NCBI GenBank assembly: GCA_002794465.1
Contig: MTSL01000169.1
Location: forward strand, 149,931 to 181,930
Source of the DNA: Paramicrosporidium saccamoebae KSL3
Lineage: Eukaryota; Fungi; Cryptomycota
Direction of reading: 5' to 3'
DNA length: 32,000 nucleotides
A model generated the notes under the pieces. That model made no database searches. It worked only from the letters and a program-made list of their open reading frames with translations, and had not been told where the DNA came from. Of the stretch, positions 10,430-20,573 are shown piece by piece. Position numbers and translations under genes: made by a program. The stretch's first letter is position 1, and each line of letters begins with the position of its first letter.

Positions 10430-11318
10430 ATGCGGCGAGGACTATTTGGGATTGAGCCGGGGCCTTGGAGACTGCCACTTGGCACCAAGACTAGCCGAGG
10501 AAGCCCTACGGCACAGCACAGCAACACTCGCCCGTACAAAGGGCGCCGCCAACCAACTACCGTGACGATCCCGATCCTTTGTGATTCCGCAAAGTCGCCG
10601 AAATCGGTGTCCACGATGACCCTCTCTACATCAGCCGGTAAGCTCTGCGAGATAAGCGTACGTCCCTGGTGAGTGCGTTTATCTCGCTTCTTCTATGGAT
10701 TCTAATTCCGTAGATCCAGATTATTCCAGTACAGGGACGTCGCCTGGCGCGCGTCTTGGTTCCCGTTCCGTAAAAGGAGGGAGGCGCAAGAACCCGCCAT
10801 CCCGGTCCGTCTCACCCTCCAACCAGGCCGCTGGCGTCCTTTTCCGCATGTCTCAGGGCTCTGTCATCGAATCCATCTGTGTGGGCGACATGCGAGTATC
10901 TTCGGCCATGTCGTTGGCTGGCACCCCATTGCCACCCCCAACTCGTGACTATGGCTTCTCATATGCCTCCAAGGAGCGTCGTATTGAGGAGCCAACTAAG
11001 CCGGCGACCTATTCGCCATCGTCTCACGAAAATTTTGATGAGGAATACGATTCTATGGAACGCACACCAACCCCCAGTGCAGGACGTGGACGCAGTCGCA
11101 AGACGACCCATCCACCGACCCCGCGTATGTGCATCTCCTGCGGAGCCACCAAAACTCCGTACTGGCGTGAGGCATGGTCCTCTTCCGTACTCCTCTGCAA
11201 TGCCTGTGGATTGAGGTTTTCAAAGTTCCGTCGTCGTTGTCTGGATTGCAGCTACGTTCCGAGGAAGGAAGACAAGGGGAGCAAGGCTTGCACCAAGTGT
11301 GGTGGCCCATGGTCGTAG
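10430..11318 (+). CDS. Ash1-like GATA zinc-finger transcription factor, about 270 aa if intron 10638..10713 is spliced; the alternative ATG at 10695 gives 207 aa
   Basis: C-x2-C-x18-C-x2-C finger (CISC...TPYWREAW...LCNACGLRF) followed by a second CxxC-x13-CxxC module. The gtaagc donor at 10638 and the ctaat/tag acceptor at 10713 are phase-compatible with the upstream ATG at 10430. Confidence 0.8.
10638..10713 (+). other. 76-nt structured intron containing a 15-bp stem-loop (10647..10687)
   Basis: Arms gcgagataagcgtac and gtgcgtttatctcgc pair at all 15 positions (13 Watson-Crick, 2 G-U) around an 11-nt loop. Confidence 0.7.
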
Positions 11319-11761
11319 ATCCGTATACAGAATCATAAATATAGAATCAACTTGAAATTCTGCTCTTCTTGCAATTTCTGCACTGCGTGCAATTTCTAAG
11401 GCGCCGAAACCGTTCATCGGCCAGGGTAGAGAAAATTGCGCGCTTAAACCACCCACTACACCACGCCATCTGATCGCAATCCCGGCTATTGTCTGTTTCT
11501 GGGCTGCTCCAGATCTACAGATACGACAGGCGCTGTTTCGTGACATTTCTACAGCCAACGTACAGGAATAACGAGACCTGCTCATACTAGTTCCAGACTT
11601 TGGGGCTTTTCGTGAAATCCCTTTATTTGTTCACTACCATAATTTGGAGATTCAGATATCTAAACATAGTCGATTACTGCATAGGACATTCTACAGTTTT
11701 TAATAGCTCCCTCCTAGGGCCAGGGCATTAGTTTGGGCGGGTATCCCGATTTGGACGCCGC

Positions 11762-14729
11762 ATGATGACTGCTCTTAATGCAGTCGATGTGGAACATCTT
11801 CGGCGCACTCTCAACGAGCTTGGCTATCGCGAAACTGTAAATTCAGATTCTGCCCCGCTCGTGCACCACATTCTTACCGATTTGAAACAGGCCACTCATC
11901 AGTACACAGACCTGCTGCAGCACTATGACGACTTGTTCGCTCGTTGGCAGCAGGAGAATGAAAAGTCGCCACCGAATTTAGATATTACCCATCTGAGTGG
12001 TCTTGATTACAGCATGCTGGGAATGGACCAGGCTGTCAATGACTCTTTTATTTTGCGTGCCGTGGAGGACGCACGCACCAAGATTGATAGTCTGTCTGCC
12101 GAAGTGCACGGGTTGAAGCAGGAGACGGCCAAGTTGCAGAGTGAGAAAGAGGCTATACAGAAAGAATTACAACAGTCACAGTTGACAGCGCAGGAATTTT
12201 CCCAGTTATTACATGGGAAGCATGGGCAAATGGATGCCCTAAAGGTAGAGCTGGAGAGCCAAAGAAAAAAGATGGATGTCGGCTATTTGCTTCAGCTTGG
12301 GTCTCTGGTCAAGTCTGCCATTTCCATGGTCCCGGACGAGCTGCAATCCGCCTTCAGTGCCAAGGCGTCCGATTCTCCAGAGTCCCAGATTAGTCTTCTC
12401 TCCGAGATTGTTCAGCGGATTAAAAGGGATGGTGAAGCCAAGATTACAAAACTAAGAGAGGCTTTGGAACAAGTCGAGCAGTATCGGAAGGAACGCGAGT
12501 TGGCAGAGGCGTCAGCCATCAAGATGAAGGCAGGAATATCGCAGTATCAGGCTCAGATTGCAGACTTGAATTCTCGTCTTAGCCAAAGAGAATTTGAAAG
12601 GACACTGCAGTCAGATGTAATGCTCTAAATCATTTCTTACCGCTTTTAGTTGTCTTTGCAAATTTCATCGCTGGAAGGGATCAACAATATGATCAGGGAT
12701 AAAATTGCGGTCCTCGAACGTCTAGGACATGAGGGAATCGGTGGAGCCCTTAATGTTTACTCCATGATTCATTCTGATTATGTAGGGTGAGCTGGCTCAT
12801 ACCACCGTGAATGCTCTGTTGGAGAGCTTATCGGCGGAGCTCAATACGGAAGTCTGCTTTTCCAGCCATCTGAGCCAGCTGGTTGATAAGCTCAACAAGA
12901 GACGTACAGAGCAAGATCAGCAAATTTCTCAAATATCGACTCAACTACGGGAATGCGAGAGCCGCACTGCATTGCTGGAGACGGAAAAGGCCGATCTGCG
13001 AAGCAAATTAGAAAAGGCACTGACTGATCTCTCGCGTAAAGATGGCTCCTCAACCACCACGAGTGAGGTCATCCACAATTTGAAGCAGGCAGTGGATCTT
13101 AAACACTCCAAGATTGAAGAGCAAAAGAGTACACTGTCATCATAGGTTCTGACATTAGAGTACTGCGGGGAGTTGAAAGCTGCTCTGGAGCAGTGTCAAA
13201 TTGCAATGGCAAATATGCGACGAAATGAAGAAATGATCCGCCAACATGTTGTGGCCCAAGATGACGAGATTCGCAATGCCAAAGTGAAGTGCGAGCAAAT
13301 GTCTGCAGAGAAAACAAAACTGTCGTGTCGTGTCACTGAATTGGAGTCGGAGCTGGTAATGGTAAAAAATGCATTCAAGGACAAGGCCGACGAAGGACAG
13401 CAATCCGTCAACAATATAAAGTCACTGGTCCTTGCCAAGGAAAAGGCAGAGTTGGACTTGAAGTCTGCCAAGGATCATGTTCGCGAGCTCGAAGAGACAC
13501 TCCTGGCCAAACGGAAGGAAAAGGATCTACTCATGACTACCTATTGTCGAGTAATCAAGGACAACGAGAGACTACATGCCGATTTGCAAAAACTCCATGA
13601 TGATTATGTCAATAGTAAGGCCGGAGATTTGCAGTCAGAAACGGCCTTGAAAGCATTCCAAACGAAGATCCAGGCTCAAAATCAAGATTTGGAGCGTCTC
13701 CGCACCCAAATTTCTCAGTCAGAGAGTAAAGTGAGTGAGTTTGAGAGCAAATTACAAGAAGCCCAGAGAGCCAAGAATCGAGTTGACGATGAAGTCAGGG
13801 ACAAGAGCCGAGAAATATCATCTTTGAAGGGAGTGATCCAGTCACTTGAACGCTCAAAACGAGACATTGCAGCTCAAATGTCACGATTTGGCCAACAAGC
13901 AAATGAACTTAGGGGCCATCTTCGACGCGTAGAGGAGGAGCGGGATGGGTTACAAAGACACTTAAAGTCTTCATCGATGGATACTCCGGCCAGTAGGGAA
14001 GTGCAAAATCGTCTTGTCAACTTGACCATGGAACTGGATCAAACGAGATCGCAACTGCGGCACATTGAACGTGAAAAGGATGCTATTGCACAGCAGCTGA
14101 AATTGGAGAAATTACGGGCGTCACAAATGGAAGAAATGATGGTTGAGGAGAAGAGCAAAAGACTTGAAAAGGAAAGTATAATTGCTGGTCTTGAGAATGT
14201 TCGTGGAAAGTTAAAAGGACAGTTGAACGTATTAAGCGAAGAGCACGACAAGGGAGTGTCATCCATGCGACGCCAAATGCAAGCGACTCGTGATGAAAAT
14301 GAACGGCTGCGGAGGGAAGAACGAACTTTTTCAGACCACTTTCCACGCAGATCCACCCGCCACGTTACTCCATCACCACCTGACAGCCCTGTGGAAGATG
14401 AAAAGTACCACGGCACAGAAAAGTTGAAAGTTCAAAACCGTTTTTTGAAAAAGCATCTTTCCGATATTCGGAATGAGATGAAACAGACCCTTTCTCCTGG
14501 AAAAGTACTCAGTCCTGATTTGGAGTCGTCAATTATTGCACTGACCAGCGAAGACGCAGACGAGTCAACATCACCAACATCTGATGAGATTGTCTCCAGC
14601 AATGCCGAGATTAGACGAAGACTGGAGCATGAGAATCGCCTTTTATTCAAAATTGTTGATAAGGTAAAATCCGAGCTCATGCGGGCAGGATTGGACACTC
14701 CAATGTCAATATCTTCTTCCAACTCGTAA
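11762..14729 (+). CDS. CEP135/BLD10-like long coiled-coil protein, about 957 aa; introns 12617..12649, 12755..12785, 13129..13158
   Basis: N-terminus LRRTLNELGYRETVNSDSAPLVHHILTDL resembles the conserved CEP135 N-terminus (IRKRLDQLGYRQTL...LPLVEKLFSDL, recalled). The rest is heptad-rich. Three introns join the exons in frame. Confidence 0.7.
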
Positions 14730-14894
14730 TCTTTCCCCTTTGTAATAAACATTTTGGTAAATTTGTTAATGGAGCGTCCATATGAACAACTACATATGTA
14801 GACGCTAATGCAGATGGAAATTCATTTCTCGCACCCCACTGACTAATCCGTTGTACATCAACTCTCATAGTCATGTTAAAAATTAATTTGAAAA

Positions 14895-15767
14895 ATGTCC
14901 GTTTTGTCAAAAGAGGACGAGGCGCTGTACGATCGCCAAATTCGACTGTGGGGACGAGACGCCCAGCAGAAGATTAGAAATGGACAGGTTGTGATAGGAG
15001 GACAATTTACTGGCGTGGCCCATGAAATAGTCAAGAACCTTGTGCTCAAGGGAATAGGGAAAATAATGCTTCTCACCTGGGGAAACGATAGTGAAGCCCA
15101 ATCCCAAACTCTGGATACATCATCCTTTCTTTTCCGTCCTGAGGGTTCCACTAACCTTGATATTGCACGAGGAATAGTTTCACAAGCGGCCCTTATGAAT
15201 CCAACTGTCGAGTTGGTACACCGTCACCTTGATAGCTTTGACGAAGAGGCAATTTCAGGACATTCCATGTTCATTCTGGTGAACGAAAAGGTGCCCTCCA
15301 ACATTTTCCAGTTAGATGACGTTTGCAAAAAGATGTCCGTGCCATTTCAATACATACTCACACAAAAGATTGAAGCACTGGTGATCAACTCATTTCAAGA
15401 CTACAAATACACTACAGAAATTACTACAGTGGTCGATGGCGAGCAGGTGAAAAAAATGACGGAAAGTTCTATGGAATTTGCTAGCGTATCAGAACTCTGG
15501 CGTGTCCACGAAAACACGCCGCCACCATCCGGAAGGGTTCGGCGAGCGACGCCTGGAATCTACTCTCAAAAATTCCAAAATCTCCAACGAGCAATGATCT
15601 CTTCAGAGGGGATAAACGTCGGGGACCACGCAGCAGTGAATTCTGTAATGGGTGCAATTTCGGCACAGGAAGCGATCAAAGTCGTAACCCGAAAAGACAT
15701 GCCGCTTCACAACGTGCTGCTTTTTGACGGAAGCACGCTAGAATCGACAGTTTTGAGCATCAAATAA
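14895..15767 (+). CDS. AOS1: SUMO-activating enzyme E1 subunit 1 (Aos1/SAE1)
   Basis: EALYDRQIRLWGRDAQQKI, HEIVKNLVLKGIG, NPTV, SAQEAIKVVT. Confidence 0.88.
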   Translation: MSVLSKEDEALYDRQIRLWGRDAQQKIRNGQVVIGGQFTGVAHEIVKNLVLKGIGKIMLLTWGNDSEAQSQTLDTSSFLFRPEGSTNLDIARGIVSQAALMNPTVELVHRHLDSFDEEAISGHSMFILVNEKVPSNIFQLDDVCKKMSVPFQYILTQKIEALVINSFQDYKYTTEITTVVDGEQVKKMTESSMEFASVSELWRVHENTPPPSGRVRRATPGIYSQKFQNLQRAMISSEGINVGDHAAVNSVMGAISAQEAIKVVTRKDMPLHNVLLFDGSTLESTVLSIK

Positions 15768-16006
15768 ACGTGTATTTTCCTTGTGAATCGGGAATCTCGT
15801 TCGTTGCCAACTGAACAGTACTTTTATGGTCTCCCTAGTGCGCGAGGGACAAGCGTAAATATGGACACTATACATGGACCTCATACACGGGCACTATTTC
15901 ATCGCACAGACATCAGACTAGACAATTCCAGCGATCACATTTGGCTTTGCTTGGCCTAATTACTCGGCCATTAACAGAACCCCACCTAGTCGTTGCATAT
16001 ACAAAA

Positions 16007-16543
16007 CTATTTATTTCTTGCCCTTTTTGGCTTTGACTCTACGGGGATTCGATGGATTACAAGCGACTGATATACTGAAAGATCTTCGTTGGGAGGCAGT
16101 CTTTTCTTCAGATATTCAATGTACGCCTCCATTTCCGGTACCCTCCTTATTCCCACTACAGATACGTTCTTGATACCAAAAAGTGTAGAGAGTTCACCAG
16201 CACTGCCGGCTGGCAAAGCGACTACTAGTGCTCCTGACAATCGGCTTTGGAAGGGCAAATGTGCAACGACCTGTGGATACTGCAAGTCATCCCGACATGC
16301 CAACACGCCAGCGAGGGTACGTGCCTCTAGACATCTTGTCACCTCATTCAAGCCAATCACCACAGGCGAGTCATTTCCTGTTTTGGGACGGAGACGCGAA
16401 AACTCGGAAATACTGCGGGTCAGTACATCTTTAGAGGTTGCTTCGTCGACCTTTGGCCATTGCGTGTGTGGTGTATCAAAAACTGTCTTGAAGACTGTCT
16501 TTTTCTTTAGTGTTTTGCTACTCAGAGTCGTTGGCGTCTGCAT
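16007..16543 (-). CDS. L7Ae-family protein, probably RNase P/MRP subunit Pop3/Rpp38
   Basis: KTVFKTVFDTP-x3-WP, VVIGLNEVTRCLE, VAHLP, LSTLFGIKNVSVVGI. First in-frame ATG is at 16543. Confidence 0.72.
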   Translation of the reverse strand: MQTPTTLSSKTLKKKTVFKTVFDTPHTQWPKVDEATSKDVLTRSISEFSRLRPKTGNDSPVVIGLNEVTRCLEARTLAGVLACRDDLQYPQVVAHLPFQSRLSGALVVALPAGSAGELSTLFGIKNVSVVGIRRVPEMEAYIEYLKKRLPPNEDLSVYQSLVIHRIPVESKPKRARNK

Positions 16544-16661
16544 CTGGGACGATTGCGAGCGCACAGGGCACAAGGTATAGAGAAGATGGTAGGCCTGATT
16601 CCAGTATAGAGGAGGTTCCCACCTCTAGCCCAATAGAACAAGCGAATACTAAACATTTAAT

Positions 16662-18176
16662 CTATAAATTATTCTTTATGTGGGACAGAGGCTGAGAAGT
16701 AATCAAGATTGGACTTTCTCTCATTGACATCAACCTCCCTCTTCTACTCTTCACAGATAGCCATCCCACTGGCACCAAAAGTAGAAGAAAGGGTGCAGAA
16801 AATACACTCATTGAGACGGGGAACCCGTAGCGCGGGTTGATTGCACTGGCCGCCAGCGGCCCCAGCAACATTCCGAAGGAGTAACAGACATTCAGGATGG
16901 CATAAACTTGGGCATAGGAGCCACCGCCCAATCGAGTTACAATGGCGCCCATTTCTGGCAGCGTCGGAGCCTGTAGGACTGCTGACGTTGCTCCAAAATA
17001 GACAGACGCTGACAAGAACATTCCCAGTGATTCGGCCAAACCCATGAACGGGGTGGCGGGGATGTAGAGAAACATGGCCACCAGAATCATAGTGTAGCAA
17101 CAACACTTGTCGGCCCAGCGACCGGCGAGGAAGGAGAAGAGGACACTGGGAACGACAATGGCCATCATAGCAAAGGAGACGCCCATCACATCGAGACCGA
17201 AGGCGCGCTGTAGATGCGCCGATAGCAGTGTTTCTACTGCAGAAAAAGAGCTGGACGTGCAGACTACCACCAGTCCGATCACCAAGACCTCGGGAAAACA
17301 TAGCAATTTGGGCAGGGTAGTCTTGCGAATGTTGGGATCAACCACTCTAATAGGGGGCGGCCTGATGAAAGCTCGAGCGGCCAGGTCAATGAAACAGAGT
17401 CCTGCACATAGCACAAAGGGAGCCTCAATTCGGACCATATGCGTCAAGATTCCTCCCATCAGAGGGCCCACAAAGTACCCCAGGGTGTGAAAGCCAAACA
17501 CGACTCCCATGGCTGCACCCAGCTCCGATCCCGGAACTGCATCTGCCAGTAGCGCTAGACCAAGGGTCCAACTCACTGCTGCAGCCACTCCCTGTAGCAG
17601 TCTGGCCAATACCAATACCCAAAACACTTTTCCAAATGCAAACATTAAAGTTGCCCCGGCCAGTCCTGCCTGTCCCAACAGCATTGGGAAGCGTCGGTCA
17701 CGCATGCGGTCAGACCAAATTCCAAATACGGGTGTGGCAACCAAATAGCCGACAGCATAGATGGCAAAGAGCAGACCAACGGAGCTCTCATCGCGTCCCA
17801 CGGATTTGAGGAGCAGAGGGAGAATAGGGACGATGACGTCATAGAGCACCATGTCGGTGAATAATGCCAATGCCACCACTGCAATGACTGCCGAACGACT
17901 GCCACGGAATCGGTCAATGCGGCTAATTTCTTGCGGACTGAGGAGCGGCGAATGTGGTGCGGTCAGGGTCTCGGCGCTGCCGTTGAAGCAGGTCATGTTG
18001 ATTTGGCTCGTGGGGTCATCAACTCTATTCGGGTTTTTGCTATTGCAATTTTTGCCTTTTTCGTCATTTGGGGACTCAGCCCCCTCGGCATCTCCGCTCT
18101 CGCTCATAGTCCTTTCAATTCGTCCCAATTTACTGGCTTCCGCCCTCTTTATAGACCTGTTGCTATTATTAGACAT
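16662..18176 (-). CDS. MFS transporter, SLC18 (VMAT/SLC18B1)-like
   Basis: About 12 TM helices; ALALFTDMVLYDVIVPILP, WSDRMRDRR (motif A), ARLLQGVA, YAQVYAILNVCYSFGMLLGP. Confidence 0.85.
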   Translation of the reverse strand: MSNNSNRSIKRAEASKLGRIERTMSESGDAEGAESPNDEKGKNCNSKNPNRVDDPTSQINMTCFNGSAETLTAPHSPLLSPQEISRIDRFRGSRSAVIAVVALALFTDMVLYDVIVPILPLLLKSVGRDESSVGLLFAIYAVGYLVATPVFGIWSDRMRDRRFPMLLGQAGLAGATLMFAFGKVFWVLVLARLLQGVAAAVSWTLGLALLADAVPGSELGAAMGVVFGFHTLGYFVGPLMGGILTHMVRIEAPFVLCAGLCFIDLAARAFIRPPPIRVVDPNIRKTTLPKLLCFPEVLVIGLVVVCTSSSFSAVETLLSAHLQRAFGLDVMGVSFAMMAIVVPSVLFSFLAGRWADKCCCYTMILVAMFLYIPATPFMGLAESLGMFLSASVYFGATSAVLQAPTLPEMGAIVTRLGGGSYAQVYAILNVCYSFGMLLGPLAASAINPRYGFPVSMSVFSAPFLLLLVPVGWLSVKSRRGRLMSMRESPILITSQPLSHIKNNL

Positions 18177-20550
18177 CGGGACACTTTGCGAGAATCCGCG
18201 AATAGCGGAGTAGCGACAACCACCATTGGTCGGTTGGACGGCGATTCTTGTGGTCTGTACGATCTTCTAACGAAAGGATTGGAGTGAGACGCACCCTCGA
18301 TCCACGTATCCCTATCAAGACTGCATCTCCATTGTCGTCAGCATCATTGTCGGACCGATCTGAAGCGTGCAGATCAACCGAGGACGAGTCGGCTGAGGTG
18401 GATGGGTCAGCTGAGGCTGGGTTGAGCAAAGATAGATTTGTAAACGATAAATCTACTTTAGTCGAGTTCGTCTCATTCGATACTTTGCAATTGGTCTCTA
18501 AATGGGTATTCGGGATAAGCTTGGATTCTAGATATCTTGTTGCCAACACGGCAAGACGCACCCCGCGGATACGATCAAGTGGAGAAGGCGATCCACCTTG
18601 TTGCAGATGGCCCAACATTACCCATCGAGAATCATATGCACCTCCGCCCTCCTCTTCCAGGATCTTGGAGATCATCTCGGCAGAGTATGTTGAGCTACAT
18701 AATTCATTACGGATGACTATACGCCCTTGTGCCCGATCGTCGAGGAATCTATCTCGCAAATGCTGTGAATCGCGTTGCAAGTCTTTGATCCGAATGCCCT
18801 CCTCTGGAATGTACTCGCGACTGGCAGCGGAGGCTAAACCAGCTAATGTAGCCAAATAGCCACACTTTCCTCCCTGGACATCAACCACAAAGACTCTCTT
18901 CCTTGAGGAGCTTGCAGATTGTCGAATGTAATCACAGCTCTGCACGATCACATTCAAGGCCGTATCCGATCCGACACTGTATTCTGTGCCTGGAACATTG
19001 TTCGAAATTGTGGCAGGGATCACGACCATCGGAATCCGCAGCACCGAATACCTCTCCCTAGCCTTTGTAAGTTGCATCAATGCTGTGTATGCCTCAAAGC
19101 CGCCAATGATTACTAGGGCTTCTAGACGCAGCTTTTGGATTTGCTGAGCAAGCAAGCTCATATTTTCGCCAGGGAGACTGCGGTTGGTGCCCAGCATGGA
19201 GCCTCCTTTGCCGATAATTCCAAAAATATCAGTAACATTCAACTCTCGTACATCTCCCTGCGACAGTCCATCAAATCCATTAAAGATACCCACCGTATCA
19301 AACCCCTTTGATCGCCCGTACCAGAACGTAGCTGCAGTCGCAGCATTCATTCCACCACACGGTGCCCCACAATTCAAGACTCCAATCCTGATTCCACGCT
19401 GGGCACATTGTTCATGTTCCCCATGCATCATTGCCCACATTTGGTAATTCTCCCTGAAATCAGGATCCCGGAGGGAGAATGCCTTGTCAAAATTCAATGC
19501 GGACATTTCATTGGCTGCGGCTTGCGTCTTGATCACACAGTCCATCAGTGGCCGATATGTAATCTTGTTCTCATTCATGCTGACAAGGAGGGAGGGTGTT
19601 TCTGGGGTAGAGTCCAGGATTGCCTCGACAGCCTTGATTCCCTGCATGGTCCCCAAATATCTGTCAAATGCAGAAGGCGAGCCGCCTCGCTGTACATGAC
19701 CCAAAGTAGTTACTCTGGCATCCAGCCCCGCTTTCTCGAGGATTTCCTTGATCCGTTCGCTCTTAATTGGCTGGTTCTTCCTATCAACCGCACCTTCCGC
19801 CACCATCACAATACTTACAGTCCTTCCCATAGCACGATTGTTTAATACTGTATCGCTCATCCTCTCCTCCCAGCCATCAAGCGGCGGGTCTTCGGGTATC
19901 ATTAGCCAATCTGCACCACATGATATTGCCGAATTCAGAGCCAACCATCCACAATGGCGTCCCATCACCTCAATTACAAAAGCACGCTGATGCGAGCTGG
20001 CAGTGCTGTGGATGCAATCTACTGCCTCAATGATTCGGTGCAGGGACGAATTGGCTCCGATAGTGATTTCGGTCCCGGCCATGTCATTGTCGATGGAGCC
20101 CACCAGACACACAATCATCATATTCTCAAACGTCTTGGCGGTCAACTTGTCGATTTTACCATCTCCAACCAGCTCATTCAGTAGGCTTTTCCATTCTTGT
20201 CTGAACAAGTCTGCTCCAGTCAGACTTCCATCCCCACCAATAACAATCAACTTGTCAATGCCCAATCTTACCAAATTCTCGGCCGCCTTCTTCCGATGCG
20301 TCCGCTCCCTGAACTCTGGACACCTTGAGCTCCTTATTATAGTGCCGCCCTCGTTGATAATGTTTGCAACATCGTTCCAATTCATTTTGGTAATCATATC
20401 ACCGCCGTGAACAAGACCACGGAAACCCTCTAATACGGCATACGGCTGACATCCACGGTATAGCGCCATTCGGACTATCCCGCGGATAGCCGCATTCATG
20501 CCGGGCGCATCGCCACCAGACGTCAGAAAGGCTAATTTCTCGCCGGACAT
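18169..20550 (-). CDS. PFK: ATP-dependent 6-phosphofructokinase, eukaryotic tandem-domain type
   Basis: TSGGDAPGMN, IGGDGS, GSIDND, EVMGR, TLGHVQRGG; regulatory half GAPCGGMN, PATISNN, LGHLQQGG. Confidence 0.96.
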   Translation of the reverse strand: MSGEKLAFLTSGGDAPGMNAAIRGIVRMALYRGCQPYAVLEGFRGLVHGGDMITKMNWNDVANIINEGGTIIRSSRCPEFRERTHRKKAAENLVRLGIDKLIVIGGDGSLTGADLFRQEWKSLLNELVGDGKIDKLTAKTFENMMIVCLVGSIDNDMAGTEITIGANSSLHRIIEAVDCIHSTASSHQRAFVIEVMGRHCGWLALNSAISCGADWLMIPEDPPLDGWEERMSDTVLNNRAMGRTVSIVMVAEGAVDRKNQPIKSERIKEILEKAGLDARVTTLGHVQRGGSPSAFDRYLGTMQGIKAVEAILDSTPETPSLLVSMNENKITYRPLMDCVIKTQAAANEMSALNFDKAFSLRDPDFRENYQMWAMMHGEHEQCAQRGIRIGVLNCGAPCGGMNAATAATFWYGRSKGFDTVGIFNGFDGLSQGDVRELNVTDIFGIIGKGGSMLGTNRSLPGENMSLLAQQIQKLRLEALVIIGGFEAYTALMQLTKARERYSVLRIPMVVIPATISNNVPGTEYSVGSDTALNVIVQSCDYIRQSASSSRKRVFVVDVQGGKCGYLATLAGLASAASREYIPEEGIRIKDLQRDSQHLRDRFLDDRAQGRIVIRNELCSSTYSAEMISKILEEEGGGAYDSRWVMLGHLQQGGSPSPLDRIRGVRLAVLATRYLESKLIPNTHLETNCKVSNETNSTKVDLSFTNLSLLNPASADPSTSADSSSVDLHASDRSDNDADDNGDAVLIGIRGSRVRLTPILSLEDRTDHKNRRPTDQWWLSLLRYSRILAKCPDV

Positions 20551-20573
20551 TAACAAACGACGAAATTGGTTTA

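Noticed and set aside
11220-11585. 121-aa minus-strand ORF, and a short Cys-containing alternative frame, downstream of the GATA gene
   Set aside because: No recognisable domain, it overlaps the GATA 3' end, and I could not build a consistent splice model.
15861-15899. Three degenerate 13-bp units and small hairpins between AOS1 and the Pop3-like gene; considered as snoRNA or snRNA
   Set aside because: No convincing C/D boxes, Sm site or rRNA complementarity; too weak to call.
17107-20410. Many 60-200 aa antisense ORFs over the MFS and PFK genes (and similarly over TPS1, CEP135-like and the GHKL gene)
   Set aside because: Expected antisense or alternative-frame shadows of real CDSs, with no motifs.
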